This document shows positions 34,032 to 48,093 of a stretch of DNA of 64,000 nt, piece by piece. The DNA is from Podarcis erhardii (lineage: Eukaryota). The notes beneath the pieces are model-generated. The model did no database searches. It saw only the letters and a list, made by a program, of their open reading frames with translations, and was not told the DNA's origin. The stretch lies in the NCBI GenBank assembly GCA_964252035.1, contig OZ176201.1, one strand, 5' to 3'. How positions within the stretch are numbered: position 1 is the first letter of the stretch; each line of letters starts with the position of its first letter. The position numbers and the translations under genes were made by a program.

Positions 34032-36124
34032 CTATGTCCCTAGAGTTCATTAAGAAACCTGGAAAATACGCCATGTTTTAGCATGGTGTTTGCTGGGTAT
34101 AGGAATGTTTGTCCTCAGTGTTGTTCCTCAGCTTCATAGTTACTATGCTTGAGATGGAATTAGAGCCTGTGAGCAATTGCAGAATTGATGAAGTGCTTCT
34201 TTGGAGAGTGTGAGTTTACTGAATCTTTGTTGTGACCATTAGAACCTAGGTTAGCATCAGTGGTGGTTTGTTTATACGAGTTACAATACCTTGGGTTCTT
34301 GCCTTCCATCCACCCCCCCTTTAATGTCTATAGCTTGTCGTGCCTCGTTGAAATCCTCTTTCTTCTGCCTGCTTGAGGCATATTGTAGTCCTGAGAGCAC
34401 AGGTTGGTTGGTTGATGAAGAGGTGACGTTAAGTAGTTGAATGGCCCTGACTTTTGCCTGATGGTAGACTAAATTCCCCTTTGTTCCCTTTCACCCCTGT
34501 GCTTCTTCGGTGTCCGAAGCGTGTTTATTTATTTAAATAGTTCTTGCCCTGCTATTCAACCACAAAAAGTGACTTGCAGATCAATGAAAACAAGACAGTC
34601 ACTGCCCTCAGGTGTACAAGCTAAAAAAAGACATTGCAGAAGAGAAAGGGAGGGAGGGGGAGAATAGATTGTGGGGAAGGAAGTGGAAATATACAACCAT
34701 GAGCATCAGATCTTAGTAACATGTTCTTCCAATGACCAGCTGGGATGGAAAGGCTTAAAAGAGGGGGGAATCAAAAATTGCTGGCATCTCAGTTGCTTGG
34801 ATGGGGTGGCCTGGCATCCCTCTTCTTCCCCCATCAGGTGTAATCTCGTGGAATGACTGTTCCAGGTGTAGGGAAGTTGAGGAGGAGGAGGAGGTCGTGG
34901 CACGATCTTCCTATATGCTGGGAATACATGAACTGCTGTGGCTTTATGTTTGCAGCCTGGTTTATATTAATGTCCCCACCCCTTAAAAATATGGTTAAAG
35001 GATTTTTTTGTGGCCAAGAACTGACCCTGACTGTTAGCATAGAGCAATTAACTGGGCAGTCTGTCCCCTAGATTATTGGGTGAACAGCCATCTTCCTTCT
35101 GTCACACAACTTGCAGCATGCATTTGTACCTTAACGCCACATCGACTTGATGGATTTAAATAAATAATTTGCTCGGAAAGATTGGGGCTTGAACTGGCAG
35201 TGAGGCTGCAAACCAGATCCCCAGCTCTAGACTGCTCTTGTCTGAGTGCTACCAGAGTTCTGTGATTTTCTTCTCTTAAAAGCAACTTTGGGGTAGGGAC
35301 AATTTGATTTGGAGCTGCCGTACATCAGAGACCTAACCCTTTTCACACTGCCTCACAAGCTCTGATTCAAATTGCCTCCCTCAAAGCAGCTTTTAGCTGC
35401 AGAGGGAGGAAACATGCAGACACACACTTGTGTGATCCTTGACAGGAGGCTAGTTAGACCTGCATAGATACAGACATATTATGCCACATGTCAGTGGAGA
35501 GGAAAACATCAACATATATGGGCCAGGGATTGATACCTTCATACCCAGAAATGGCATCTTTCAGTGCTCTAGATCCGATAATTTCCTCAGGTACAGTTTC
35601 TTCCACCTGAGTGCTACAGCAGTCCATCTTTCCAAATGTTGCAATGAGGAAAATGTCAGGACTGCTCCTTGGAGAGGAACAAAAGTAGGTAGCAGGTGCA
35701 CTGTGTGACAGGATGACTGGGGCGCTCAACGCTCATAGCCAAGCAGGGACAGCCCCTGGATGAGAAGGTGGCATTCCAAACAAAAGTGGGCATGTCCAGA
35801 GCTGGCAGCAGGCAGGGTCACCCCAACTCCCGCTCATATACATGTACCATAGAAACATACAATACACATTGCACATGTGTACACATGTACACATACAAAA
35901 CAGCATGCACACACAGAGCACTCACACATGCTCCAATGCAGACATACATGCACACATATGGCACACACACATCACACACCTACACCACAGGTACACGCAG
36001 AGCGTCAGCTAATGCGCTGATGGGCTGGAGACTTCCTCTTGGCCATCTCTTTGGCTCCCAATCTTTTCCTTCCCAGATATATTTCCTGCCCACACCAGTT
36101 CTCCATGCATTGAAAGGAGATTCC

Positions 36125-36332
36125 GACTAAACATTCGGAAAAACTTTCTGACAGTAAGAGCTGTTCAGCAGTGGAGCAGACTCCCACAAGAGATGGTGGG
36201 CTCTCCTTCCTTGGAGGTTTTTAAGCAGAGGTTGTGTGGCCATCTGTCATGGATGCTTTAGCTGAGATTCCTTCATTGCAGGGGCTGGGACTAGATGACC
36301 CTTGGGATTCCCTTCCAGGATTCTATTATTCC
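36125..36332 (+). mobile_element. CR1 LINE 3' end
   Basis: aaacattcggaaaaactttctgacagtaagagctgttc...ggaggtttttaagcagagg...attccttcattgcaggggctgggactagatgaccc. Confidence 0.85.
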
Positions 36333-37229
36333 TTTTGACAACCCTGCCCACATCCCCCTGAATTCTTACTTCTGCAAAAATTATCAAATTGGAATAATTG
36401 GAAGGAGTTCTGTAAAACTGCCTTAAATGCATTATGTTGTCTGATTATGTAGAATCTGACTGCTCCATTTGCAGAATGGTGAGGTTCATCTAGACGTCTC
36501 AGGGGTTCTGGCTAAGGGCCAGCTCATTAGTTGCAGCAGCCCCATGGAACAAAGACACCCTCCATGTGATGATGATTCCACACATAGGGGCCACTGGCCA
36601 TTTGCCACATAGGACATGCATTTATGGCAATGGCTTGTGCAGGTTGTATGTGATGGGGCTGGTCCGACTGATGAGCAGATACCACCACATCGAGGCATTT
36701 CTTCTACATGGCACCCCCTCACCCCCCCCCAAAGTGAGTGGATGCAACCAGGCAGCAAGGAAGGTTTATTTCATAGAGCGGGGAGCAATATGCATACACC
36801 CTCCTCTTTGTTTCCTCTGCTATAGCACTTAAGCTTTTGAGAGAGACGATCTTTGCAAAAGGTACTCAAATAGCTGTATAGTTTAATATCCTAGCCATCA
36901 GAGCTGACATTTATGTTGTTAATTTTAAAGCACTTTATTCCTCCCCTATTAAGTTAGCCTCGTTTTCAGAAAACCAAATAACTCTCTCTTTCTCGAGCTG
37001 CAGCCTAGTGTTTTTATTGCCATTGGATTTCTCCTCCCGCATGCACACACACTTACACACACACACTTGTATGTCCTCCCCAGCCCCCTTTTAATGGCGT
37101 CCAGGGGGAGAAGAATGCTGGGGAGAGAAGAGCAGATCCCACTGGACTTTCTCAGCAGAAAGTCACAGGACTTTGCCACAGTGAAGAGAATAGTACCTGC
37201 CCATCTGGGGAAAGGATGAAGAAGCTTGG

Positions 37230-37365
37230 GTTTGTTTCTCAAGCTTGGGCCCCAAGCTCTTGTTGCACTACAACTCCCATCATCCCTGACCGCTGATACT
37301 GCTAGCTAGGGGTTTAGGGGGTTGTAGTCCCACAACAACTGGGGACCCAAGCTTGAGAAACATTG
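37230..37365. mobile_element. Palindromic hAT MITE
   Basis: tgtttctcaagcttggg ... cccaagcttgagaaaca with internal actacaactcccatcatccc. Confidence 0.75.
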
Positions 37366-38959
37366 CCCCTAACTGCAGCCAATCAGTCAGCTGAACTGCC
37401 CTACTGCAACCATGTTGCCTTTTGAATCACTTTATTTCAAATGGCTGGGCTCTGACCACCACCTATTTGCTCACCTAATGTATTGGGTTGGGGTTCTAGA
37501 GGGGAGAGTTGCCGGTGGGTCTGTGGACCCCTCAGAACGCCTGGGCCATAGGCCACTGCCTCACCTGCCAGCCCCCCCCCCTAGCACTGAGCTTGATTCA
37601 GATGGACAGTCCATGCATGACACATTGGTAGCACCTGAATGACATGGAAAGCATGAGGGCTAAACCACTACCCTCTGACCATCCAAAGAAAATTTAGTCA
37701 CTGGGACAAAACCTCCACCTTGTAGGCCACTGTAGGAGACAGTGTGGGCCAGGGCAAAAAGTTCACAACATGGTGCTGAGCATTGAATTCAAGCTCCTTG
37801 TTCATTTCAGCTTTTATGTTGTTGTAGTTTTAAAAGCAGTGCTGTTGCTGTCATAACTATGCAGGTAGCTTTGAAAGATTGTAGGCAGTACCTGATGAAC
37901 TTGGATGCCAGTGAGGAAGTTGAGCGAGGCTTCCAGTCATTACAAGTTTTACTGCAGTCCATAATTCCCTTTCTCTCTTCCATCATGGCTGCCAGGAGCC
38001 GCATAAAAATTTGCTTCCTTTACATAGGTTTTACAGGTTATTTTTTTTCTTTGTGCAGAATGTGTGTCATTTTGCTATTTTTTTTCTTTTTTGTTTTGCA
38101 TGGCCCTGGTGTTCAGTGTTCCAAGTGATCCAACTTTTTAATGTTATTTTTTTATTCTCTGACCTACCGTAGAGGCTCTCGGATGCAATCTCTTGACATA
38201 TAATAGTGGCAAACTTTCAAAAAATGGCAAGAAATTTGCTTCTCGTACTCAGTCATCGGCCTGCTCCAAGTTTAATGCATTGGCTTTTCATGCTGGAGTC
38301 CTTCTGTAGACCCAGTTTGTTCCTTGTCAAGCTACCCCTTGGCAAAGACCCATTCTTCCTGTCAGTCTTGGTACCTGGAGTTGGATGCCCTCATTGAATT
38401 TCTTGTTCTATTGCAGATGTATGCTGCGTAGCCAGCCTCCAGGTAGGCTCACATGCCTATTTCTCCCTTCTGTAAGGTGTCTTCCATGATTGTCTCGCAG
38501 TTGGGGAATTGACATGCATCTGAATCTTGTGTGTGCTCAAACATCTCCAAACATCTTCAGGCAGCAAGGTTTCCAGAAGTGGGTTAGTCTGTGATCTAAA
38601 TAAGGGTTACATCATGCATAAGACCCAAGTGCAGACAAGTGTTTGCCAAGATGTAGCTGACAAAAATTCAGTTTACAGTAAAAAAAAAAAAAAAGTCATG
38701 TATTTGGTTGTGCAAATACACCGTTATTCATTTTATGCAGACAAAAAGAATTCCTGCCAAATGTCTGGCTTATGTTCAGCCTTTCTCACCACATCTCCCA
38801 GAATACATCAAGGATTGCCAAACTTTTTTTTTCTGTGCTACTTTTCCAAGTTCCAGGCTTCTTGCAATTTTCTCACCCTGGGGAACTAAAAGTTATCCCT
38901 CTTCACTATGCAACACGCCTTGTCCAGCCATAGCTAGAATTCGCCACATTCCCAGAGTC

Positions 38960-39325
38960 CTTTCCTGTGGGCATCTAAAATTCACCTAAACAACTTGTAT
39001 TCAGACATCTACTTGCAATAAGCACATACAGATGTACCACTCCAATTTCTCTCTCTAGTACATACCTTTCTAGCTGTAACTTCCTCCTATTTACCTGTAT
39101 AAACCCATTGGCCTATTGGACACACTTCCATGCAGAGCAGGCATATCCACCATATTCCTCAAACATTTGCCTTTTATAAATCCCATATCTAGGTGTTTTC
39201 AGCAACACCTGGGTCACTATCTGCCCAATACCTAGCAACACTATGTCTCCTAGCCTTCCATTTGCAATGACTGTTGTCAAACTGTGATAGAGCCAGACTG
39301 TCATTTCTACAAAACCTTCCCATAC
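38960..39325 (-). mobile_element. Old L1-like ORF2 3' fragment
   Basis: Minus strand reads KARRHSVARYWADSDP, resembling AARILLAKYWKTKELP of L1 ORF2, with many stops. Confidence 0.45.
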
Positions 39326-39792
39326 TCCTCCTCCTCCTCCTCCTCCTCCTCCTCCTCCTCCTCCTCTGCTGACTTTGTGCTTTCCTGGACAGGGACAAAA
39401 CACCCGATTGGGCCATCCTTATACCAGTGGTGCTTCCCGCTTTGGAGTGCACATACCTCCTCCCACGCTGCAACCTGTGAGCCCGGATTCTCATTGCCGT
39501 CTGGGGAGCACACCTGTTTGCAGCAAACACATGCAGTGATTTTTATGGCCCTGCTCTGAGCAGCTCTCAGCTGGGGCCAGGCCTGGGTTATTAGTTATTT
39601 TTAGCAATCAATGTTATTGACGCCATGCTCGCTGGAGGAAGCCACTGGAGGGCTGTTCTTCTAACTCATTACATTTAGAGCTGAACTATCCCCTTTTTAT
39701 ATAAATCCTGACACATCAAGATAAAATATGCTACTTTGCGGTAGTGCTATGGCTCTAGATGGGCGAGCTGTGCCCCACTGCCAGGGAATACT

Positions 39793-39836
<44 letters not shown>

Positions 39837-40980
39837 TGGGGCTTGCAGGATTGGCAAATGCACCGCAGCTCTAACTCTCTTCCTGTAATTTGCCTGCAGG
39901 TCATTTTTTTTTTCCACATTGTGCTTTTCATCCAGATATTCTGACACCAGAGGTGATGGGTCCTTTACTCTCACTGGTTGAAGAGTTAAAGAGTTTCTAC
40001 TTCTCACTTTGGAGAAGGAGGGGCAGCATCTAATGAACACCCAAGATTCCAACAAGGAAACCAGGGCTGAAATGAAAGGCAGGGCAGATATTGCTGCCAC
40101 CGCAGCCCCCATGCTCAATAGAAACCTAATCCTGGAGAGAAGTCGTCAATGTTAACCAACTTACCTCTCTGATCTGTGCAGCTCCAAGGGCAGATTGCAA
40201 TTATTGCTATGGAGGGAGAAGCTCATGTCACCACCCCAGGGAAATGTGACATTCCTTGCTGCTTCAACACCATTTTGCTCCCATGGTAGCCTATCCTGAA
40301 ACTGACAGTGCAGTACTGTCACAGCACAACGTGTGCAAGAGAGAAGTAGTTGTGAGTTAAGCCTGTGTGTCCTAAAAAAGAGGCCCGCCCCTGTGGATAA
40401 GAGTGGCAGCTGACATCAAATTATTATTTTATTTTATTTTTGCTTTGCCAAGAGGGACTGCTTAGGGAATCCAGCAGTCCTCAAACGCACAACAGTGATG
40501 GGAGATCAGGTGATGGCTGTGGAATGAATGATAAAGCAGTAATTTGAGACAACTTCAAAAATCACTTAGTCCATCTTCTTGCCCTGAGGCAGGTTTAATA
40601 AAATTTCAGACCATCCCTGAGCAATTATTAATCACACATACCCTGTCCCCCGAAAAACTTCCATTATTAAAAATACCACAACCTCTCTTGGGAATTTTCT
40701 TCCTCTGCTCAGCTATTCTTACAGGTTTGAATAATTGTTTCTAATAGTTAATTTTAACTTGCTTTTCTGTTACTTAGGGCAACGGATAGTCCTTTTGTTC
40801 AGGGACGACTATCAATTATGTTCCTGCTTCCAACAAGCCTCTGAAATTTGTTGTTTTATCTGTACCCATGAACAGTTCCTACTCTAGAAAACCATATGCA
40901 GATAGGTTGATGTATGTATTTACTTTCATTTCAGACATTTCTATCCCTCCTCTCCTTGTGCTTGAAGCAGTTTGAAACTA

Positions 40981-41215
40981 CAGTCATACCTCGGGTTGAA
41001 GTAGCTTTGGGATAAGTATTTCTGGGTTGTGCACTGCGGTGACTTCCTTCCGGGTTTCGCCGCTCGCACATGCGCAGATGGTCAAAATGACGTCACGCGC
41101 ATGCGCAGAAGCGGCAAATCACGACCCACGCAGACGTGCGGACACAGGTTGCATTCACTTCTGGATGCGAATGGGGCTCCGGAACGGATCCCTTTCGCAT
41201 CCAGAGGTACCACTG
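40981..41215. mobile_element. Tigger-like MITE, CpG-rich subfamily
   Basis: cagtcatacctcgggttg ... catccagaggtaccactg, TA on both sides. Confidence 0.85.
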
Positions 41216-42194
41216 TAAACATATCCTTTTTCTCTTAAGTCTTTGAAATTCTTTACCATCTGTCTTTCTCACCCCTGAAGCTCTTGGCAAATTAATGTTC
41301 CCAGCTCTGGCAAATTCCAAATGGAAGGTGTCTTTCAGCTCTGCAGCCAGATCACAGAGGATCTGTATGGCTAATCGCTGTGCACGTGCCAGGATACTAA
41401 GGAATAGTCCAGATTTGGAAAGATAATTAAAGTTTCTAGTTACATTTTTATGAGCCTGCACCAACACTCCCGACCGCACATGTTTGAATACTATATTTAA
41501 AATTCCTTGGCACTGGCTTCACTTTCCAGACACCTGGGATTTACCCAGTCCTTTTTTTGAAAACAGAGTGATAGAAAGACTGACCAGCTATTTTGAACCA
41601 GAATGCTTAGTTGATTTGCATTGCACACAGCTAGAGGAAACACTTTCCAGTGTTCTCTCTTCTGCGCTTGGGATTGAATGGTAGCAACCTTTTCATAATG
41701 CCCCCCCCCAACCTGTTCCTCTGCCTTAAAAAAGGACGTGTTTGTGTATGTGCTTCTCAGGATCCTCCAATCTGATAATCTGCACTGAGGCTGGATCCTC
41801 TGCTCCTAGCATTTTGAGAGATTAGCCTGTCGAGGCGAATGAAGTGAGCAACAGAGTTCAATCGTCAGGTGCTGCACACATTCACACATATGGATCAAAC
41901 ACACATGCTGTACACAGTCCTGGTGAGAGGACGGAATCATTCCAACTGGATTATTCACCCTTTTACCCATAATCCTCCTAGCCTGGGAAGTCAGGTGACT
42001 TCACAAGGCCCATCTGGTTCCACTTGGTGATCTAAAGCTCCCAAAACTGCTGTTTTTCCTTCATCTGGGAAAAGGCCATCTCTGCGTATCACCAAGCTAT
42101 CATCCTTCAGCCTGTCTGCATTTCTTTTTCTACTTTCTTTCCACAGGTGTTTTCCTGGACTCTCCTGGGTGGGCAACCTGAAGCAATCCAGATA

Positions 42195-42409
42195 AGGTCA
42201 TACCTCGGGTTACAGATTCTTCAGGTTACATTTTTTCAGGTTACGGACCCGCTGAAACCCGGAAGTACTGGAACAGGTTACTTCCAGGTTTCGGTGGTTG
42301 CGCATGCGCAGAGGCTCTGAATCGCAACCCATGCGTGCGCAGACGCGCCGCTGTGGGTTGTGAACGCTGCATCCTGCACAGAACACGTTCGCAACTCGAG
42401 CATCCACTG
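42195..42409. mobile_element. Tigger-like MITE, CpG-rich subfamily
   Basis: (a)ggtcatacctcgggttac ... gcaactcgagcatccactg, TA on both sides. Confidence 0.8.
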
Positions 42410-44370
42410 TATACTACACCAAACTAATGGCTCAGGCCATTTCAGCAAGGCTAGGGAAAGAGGAATGCCGGGATAGCAGATTTACAGGGCTGAGCGCAAT
42501 GCATAATGATTGCTACAGCCATGGTAACTGCAGCACAGTGGGGCTGCCTATATCTCCAAGGAAGGCAGTGCTGGAATTTTCTTATCTCCGCTGTTATTAC
42601 ATTACAAACTGGAGGGTCAGTATTTTTAAGCTGCAGGAGATGACGTATGCTTTGCATTCTTGAAGGAATTCTACACCTCTGGTGGTGATTCCCAGTGCAG
42701 CTGTCATGAGTCATCAACTTTCGCTTTCTGCACATTGCAGTATACTTTGTTTTTCCTACCAGAACCTTTGCTTTTAGAAATGTAAGAGGATATAGATAGG
42801 TGTGTGCATGTGCCCAATATGGACCAAAGCTATGCTACTGTTTGTGGGCAGGGGTGGGGGTGAGTTGGGGAGAAGAAAACTCTAGTATGCTGGTATTAAG
42901 GTAGCTGGCAGTAGCACTGCAGAAACAGGACAAGAGTAGATCACCAAATAAAAAGAGTCGGAACAACAGTGAAGTGCTGTTTCTGAAAAAAGAATAAACA
43001 CAATTTAGTGGCAGGGGCTGCTATTTAAATGCACTTATACTGTACATCCACAGTAGGGTTCCCCACCATCACCACCAAGGCGCTAAATAGAAGGAAACAG
43101 AACATATCCAGTAAAACAAACCTGATGCCAATTTGAAGCTGTATTGGGCTGAAATAGCTATGTCAATTTGCTCTTGTACTTCTTTACTCTGAGATGAAAT
43201 TAAGGCGCGGAGAGCAAAAATAAAAAATAAAAAGCAGCCCCTTCATTTCCCCCCACCCACTCCCTCTTTATAGCAATGCATCACTGAATCCCTTAAGGAT
43301 GAAAGATTTCTGCATGGAAGTTTTCTGTGCCTTTTATACATCCTCTGTGTCTTGGATCCTGCAGCACTTTCAGAATCCTCGCTCTCAGCCAAATCCCTGC
43401 ACACTCTGGGCTGTTGGGTTGGTTGTGTTGTGTGGTTTTTTTTAAGCTATTCCAATCAATTTTACAACAGATTTGTATTTCTGATAAAAGCCCTTTCCCA
43501 TCCCCAACTACTCCCACTCTGCCATGCCGTATGCCAGTAAGAGGTTGAGAATCCCCTGTTGATCTGTGCTCAGGGAACAAATAAAACCAGGAAGACAACA
43601 GTTGCAGATTGGTGTCTGGATTGGCAGGGTTTGTTTGCTTGCTTGTTTGTCTTGTTTGCTTTGCACAATCTGTTATAGATACTTTTCTCGCAAGGGGGGG
43701 CACAGCCTGAATCAAATTTTTTGGTCAGAAATTGTTTGTGCTTCGTTCCCTGGTATTCTCACAGAAGGCATCATTAGAGGTGCAAGCTTTTGCATAATGC
43801 TGGACATGAATGGTGCGTTTTCTCTCTCCCTAGTCACCGCTAGCAGAGACTTCTTTTTCTGTCTCTTAAATATGACATGTTTGCAGCAATACAGTCATTC
43901 ACCCAAATATTTTGCTAATTTCTTTTGCAAAACAGAAAGCAGAAAGAAACAAACAGAAGAAAAGTCTGCTTTACGATTGCATGTGAATACCCCCCCCCCT
44001 TCTACCCATTCTGCACATTTCATCAAATGTCTTGGGATTGGCATGTGTGCTTCAGTTTGGTCCTAAGGTAGCAGGTAAATTAAGCCTACAGGGAATTTCT
44101 ATGATAACACTTTTTTTTTTTTCTTTTAAAGTTTTGTGTGTGAAGAGCCTTTTTTTTTTTTTTTATAAAATAATAGAATCAGAAATGAAAATATATTTCA
44201 TTTTCCTAGAGGTTTGAAAAACTTCCCTTTCTATAAGATGCTTATGCTTCCTGCTAGTATGTCAGACTATTGTAATAAGCCATGCAATTCTTCATCTATT
44301 CATAAGTTAATCCCATTGAATTCTGTGAAGTTTCCTCTCGGGTAATTGGGTAAGAAGTGTAGCCTTAGAG

Positions 44371-44506
44371 CAGGCATGGCCAAACTTGGCCCTCCAGCTG
44401 TTTTGGGACTACAACTCCCATCATCCCTAGCTAACAGGACCCGTGGTCAGGGATGATGGGAATTGTAGTCCCAAAACCACTGGAGGGCCAAGTTTGGCCA
44501 TGCCTG
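44371..44506. mobile_element. Palindromic hAT MITE, young
   Basis: TIRs caggcatggccaaacttggccctccag / ctggagggccaagtttggccatgcctg. Perfect 8-bp TSD ccttagag at 44363-44370 and 44507-44514. Confidence 0.95.
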
Positions 44507-44680
44507 CCTTAGAGTGTATAAGGGAAATGAGTAAGAAAGTTCAAGCTCCTTGTTTTAGCCCAGAAAACGAAGGTCTATGTACATAGGGTGTCCTTATTTT
44601 CATTGGAGAAATGTTGGAGGGTATGGCGCATGCATATATGTTTGATTATGTTGACCTCTTAGCAACCTGTCCATATAGAG

Positions 44681-44817
44681 CAGGGGTAGCCAACATGGAA
44701 ACCTCCAGATGTTCTTGGACTACAACTCCCATCATCCCTGACCATTATCCACATTGGCTGGGGCTGATGAGAGTTGTAGTCTACAACACGTAGAGTGCAT
44801 AGCATTGACTGCCCCTG
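44681..44817. mobile_element. Degenerate palindromic hAT MITE
   Basis: caggggtagccaac ... ttgactgcccctg with an internal ggactacaactcccatca / gagagttgtagtc pair. Confidence 0.75.
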
Positions 44818-47242
44818 ATACAGGCACATGGTAAGTGGTGGTGATGCCAAAGATGAAGATCAAATTACTGAGTTCTGTTGGCTGCATGTAAATGAGATGG
44901 GCAACAAACCTGGGAGTATGGGGCCTAGAGTTTCTGCTCACAACAAGTTTCTTCTTGTAATAACTCCGTAAATCTCAGGTTCCTCCATGGGCTTTCCCAG
45001 CCATCACTTTTCTGCCAGAAATACTGTGATGTCAGTAGTCAGGGAGAGCAGGTGCTCGTGCATTTTTGTCACCCATATCTAGGTGTGATAAAAAATAACA
45101 GGCTACTAACATCTTGAGAATGGTGGCTTCCATTTCTAAAAGGAAATTCAATTGGAGAGAAGCAGAGAACTCAAGTGCCCCCCTGGCTGAAGGAAACCGT
45201 ATTTAGCCCTACTATAGCTTCTCAGATTTAACCAGGTTTCATTTCGTTCTCAAGCCTGTTTTTACAGCTATAATAAGGTCTAGAAACTTGATTAAAACTA
45301 AAAACTGAGATGCACAGGATGCTGAAGCTTGCACCAGGTACCTAATTTTGCTTTGTTTCCCTTGTGCAGAATCGTATAAGTGCACAGTTATAACAGGCAG
45401 GGGTTATGGATTTGAGATTAAAAGATGTCATTTCTAACTATGGTGTAGATTTATATTTCTTTGCTCATGTGTGTAAATATTATTAATCTACGTGATTTCA
45501 TAGAATTTCAGAATCAAATTTTTCTGGTTTAGAGTTTTGTATGCTTTCTTACTCTGCTCCCCACTAAAAACATACATGTAAGATTAAAAAATAAAAATAA
45601 AATCATTATTTGCATCTAGATACTTTTGAGGGTGTATTGCTTGCTGCCTCAAAATGTTGTAAAGGAAGTTCTACAAACTAGATTGTTTTTGGTCAGTCAC
45701 TGTGGAATGGCTCTTCCCTCACCTGTGGAGAAAATTACTGGAAATACTGTTGTTGTTTTGCTGGACTCCTCAGGGATCGCACTGTGGGGGAAAAAATCCC
45801 TTGCTGGCTGCCTTGCATCGTGCATTTTTATAATCTGCCTGTTTCTGAAATACGCATTCCTTAATATCATTTTTTCCCTAATCACTTTTGCCTTCTCAGC
45901 GCTTTCTGGAACTGTTTTACCAGTGCCAGACTCACAAGTCTATTAGCTGCAAAATGTTACGACTCGAGTCTTCTATGATACAGCTTTGCAGTATTCCAAA
46001 ACACATATTAGAGAAATACCTTTATTAGGACAACCAGAATTTTCACCCTGTGCAGTTTCCTTATATTGCTGAGTGCAGACCCAGAGCCAGTCTCTGAGGG
46101 AAACAGAACAATGAAGCTGATGAGAAATCTGGCACACGGGTCACATCAAGCCCAGAAAACAACCACACATACATACAGCCCTGCATGCTTTCCTTTTGCT
46201 GTGTACCGTAGCATATTTGTATGCATAGTAAGGTATCTCGGGCAAATGCACAAGGTCTGTATTCCCACCCACCCCCAATCAAAAGGAGTTATTGTGCAGC
46301 CATTGGTCTGATGGTAGGCACACTGCAAGGAGTGTGTTGGGGAATAGAGATCTCTATTCACTTTTAGGGGAAGAGGCACAGCTCCTGTTCCTTCACGGAT
46401 ACAATTGCAAATGGCACTAAAATCACAGCCCCCCACTTGTCAACACCTCTCGTAGATAGAGTGATGATGAAGAGGCCCTGCCCTCAGAGTAGACAGCCAC
46501 ACCGACCTTATTGAGGATCCTAATCAATTTACCCCCATCCCCATCCACTGCCACACCCCGTGTGATTAATTGAGTTGTTATTACCCATTGATTTTCTCAC
46601 CCCACCCCTTTTCCCTGAGGTGGAGCAGCAGCAAGAAGATCTATGGAGCATCAGGGGCTGCTGCTTGCAGAATAACTTACTCCTCGTTGCCAGGGTGCAG
46701 AAGTCCTGCACTTTTTGCCAGTCCTGGGCATCTTGCGTGCAAAAGCAGAAGTCGCATTCAATGGCTCAGAGGACAGTTTCAACAAGATCCTGGCGATTCC
46801 ATGGTTTAGCTGTACTAGCATGTGCTCATCTCATAGACCACCAGGGAGCCCAGCACAGCTGTAACATTGCCCGTAGCAGGCAAGCACCGTAGCCTTGGAA
46901 TGTGACCCGTTTAATCTCTGCTGATAACTTTTTGGTGCTGTTTTCTTTTAGCTTTCCTGGATGGCTTTATGTCGCTCTTCTGAAGTGCATTGTTTTAATG
47001 TTTTCGTTTTGCGGTAGTTTCGCTATCATTTTAATTCTTCGTTAAGGCGCCCTGGAGAACTTGCTGAAGGGCAGGGGATGAATCCCTTAAATAATGATCA
47101 CCAAAGAATTTCTCCCAACCCACCCAAGTTATCACACCCTTTATGTTGGAGTTACAGATAGGTAGCCGTGTTGGTCTGCCATAGTCAAAACAAAAAAAAT
47201 TCCTTCCAGTAGCACCTTAAAGACCAACTAAGTCAGTTCTTG

Positions 47243-47280
47243 GTATGAGCTTTCGTGTGCATGCACACTTCTTCAGATAC
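47243..47280 (-). ncRNA. Mirror-image minimal hammerhead ribozyme motif
   Basis: Exact reverse complement of 48094-48131. Confidence 0.75.
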
Positions 47281-47691
47281 ACTGAAACAGAAGTTTCCAG
47301 ACCCTTCTATATAGTGAGAAGGTGGGGAGGGGTATTACTCAGAAGGGTGGTGGGAATGGGTGATTGGCAGATAGCTGTGATGAGCCTGTTGACGACTCTT
47401 AACGACTGCAATAGGTCTTACAGGAGGAAGCAAGGGGTGAAAAGGTGAAAAATGGCTTTGTCACGTATAATGAGATAAGAATCCAAGGTCTTTGTTCAGG
47501 CCAGGTTTCTCCATGGTTTTAAGTTTGGTGATAAGTTATAATTCAGCAGCTTCTCTTTCCAGTCTATTTCTGAAATTTCTTTGTAGTAAAACAGCTACTT
47601 TGAGATCTTGTATAGAATGTCCTGGGAGATTGAAGTGTTCTCCTACTGGTTTCTCTGACTTGTGATTCCTGATGTCCGATTTAAATCGCAT

Positions 47692-47913
47692 AAATCGGAC
47701 ATCAGGAATCACAAGACAGAGAAACCAGTAGGAGAACACTTCAATCTCCCAGGACATTCTATACAAGATCTCAAAGTAGCTGTTTTACTACAAAGGAATT
47801 TCAGAAATAGACTGGAAAGAGAAGCTGCTGAATTACAACTTATCACCAAACTTAAAACCATGGAGAAACCTGGCCTGAACAAAGACCTTGGATTCTTATC
47901 TCATTATACGTGA
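47692..47913 (+). pseudogene. C-terminal fragment of a PLE GIY-YIG endonuclease (mirrored at 47461-47682 on minus)
   Basis: KSDIRNHKTEKPVGEHFNLPGHSIQDLKVAVL...REAAELQLITKLKTMEKPGLNKDLGFLSHYT, with H-S-I-R, HF and GLN motifs typical of Penelope-like GIY-YIG domains. Confidence 0.85.
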
Positions 47914-48093
47914 CAAAGCCATTTTTCACCTTTTCACCCCTTGCTTCCTCCTGTAAGACCTATTGCAGTCGTTAAGAGTCGTCAACAGGCTCATCACAGC
48001 TATCTGCCAATCACCCATTCCTACCACCCTTCTGAGTAATACCCCTCCCCACCTTCTCACTATATAGAAGGGTCTGGAAACTTCTGTTTCAGT

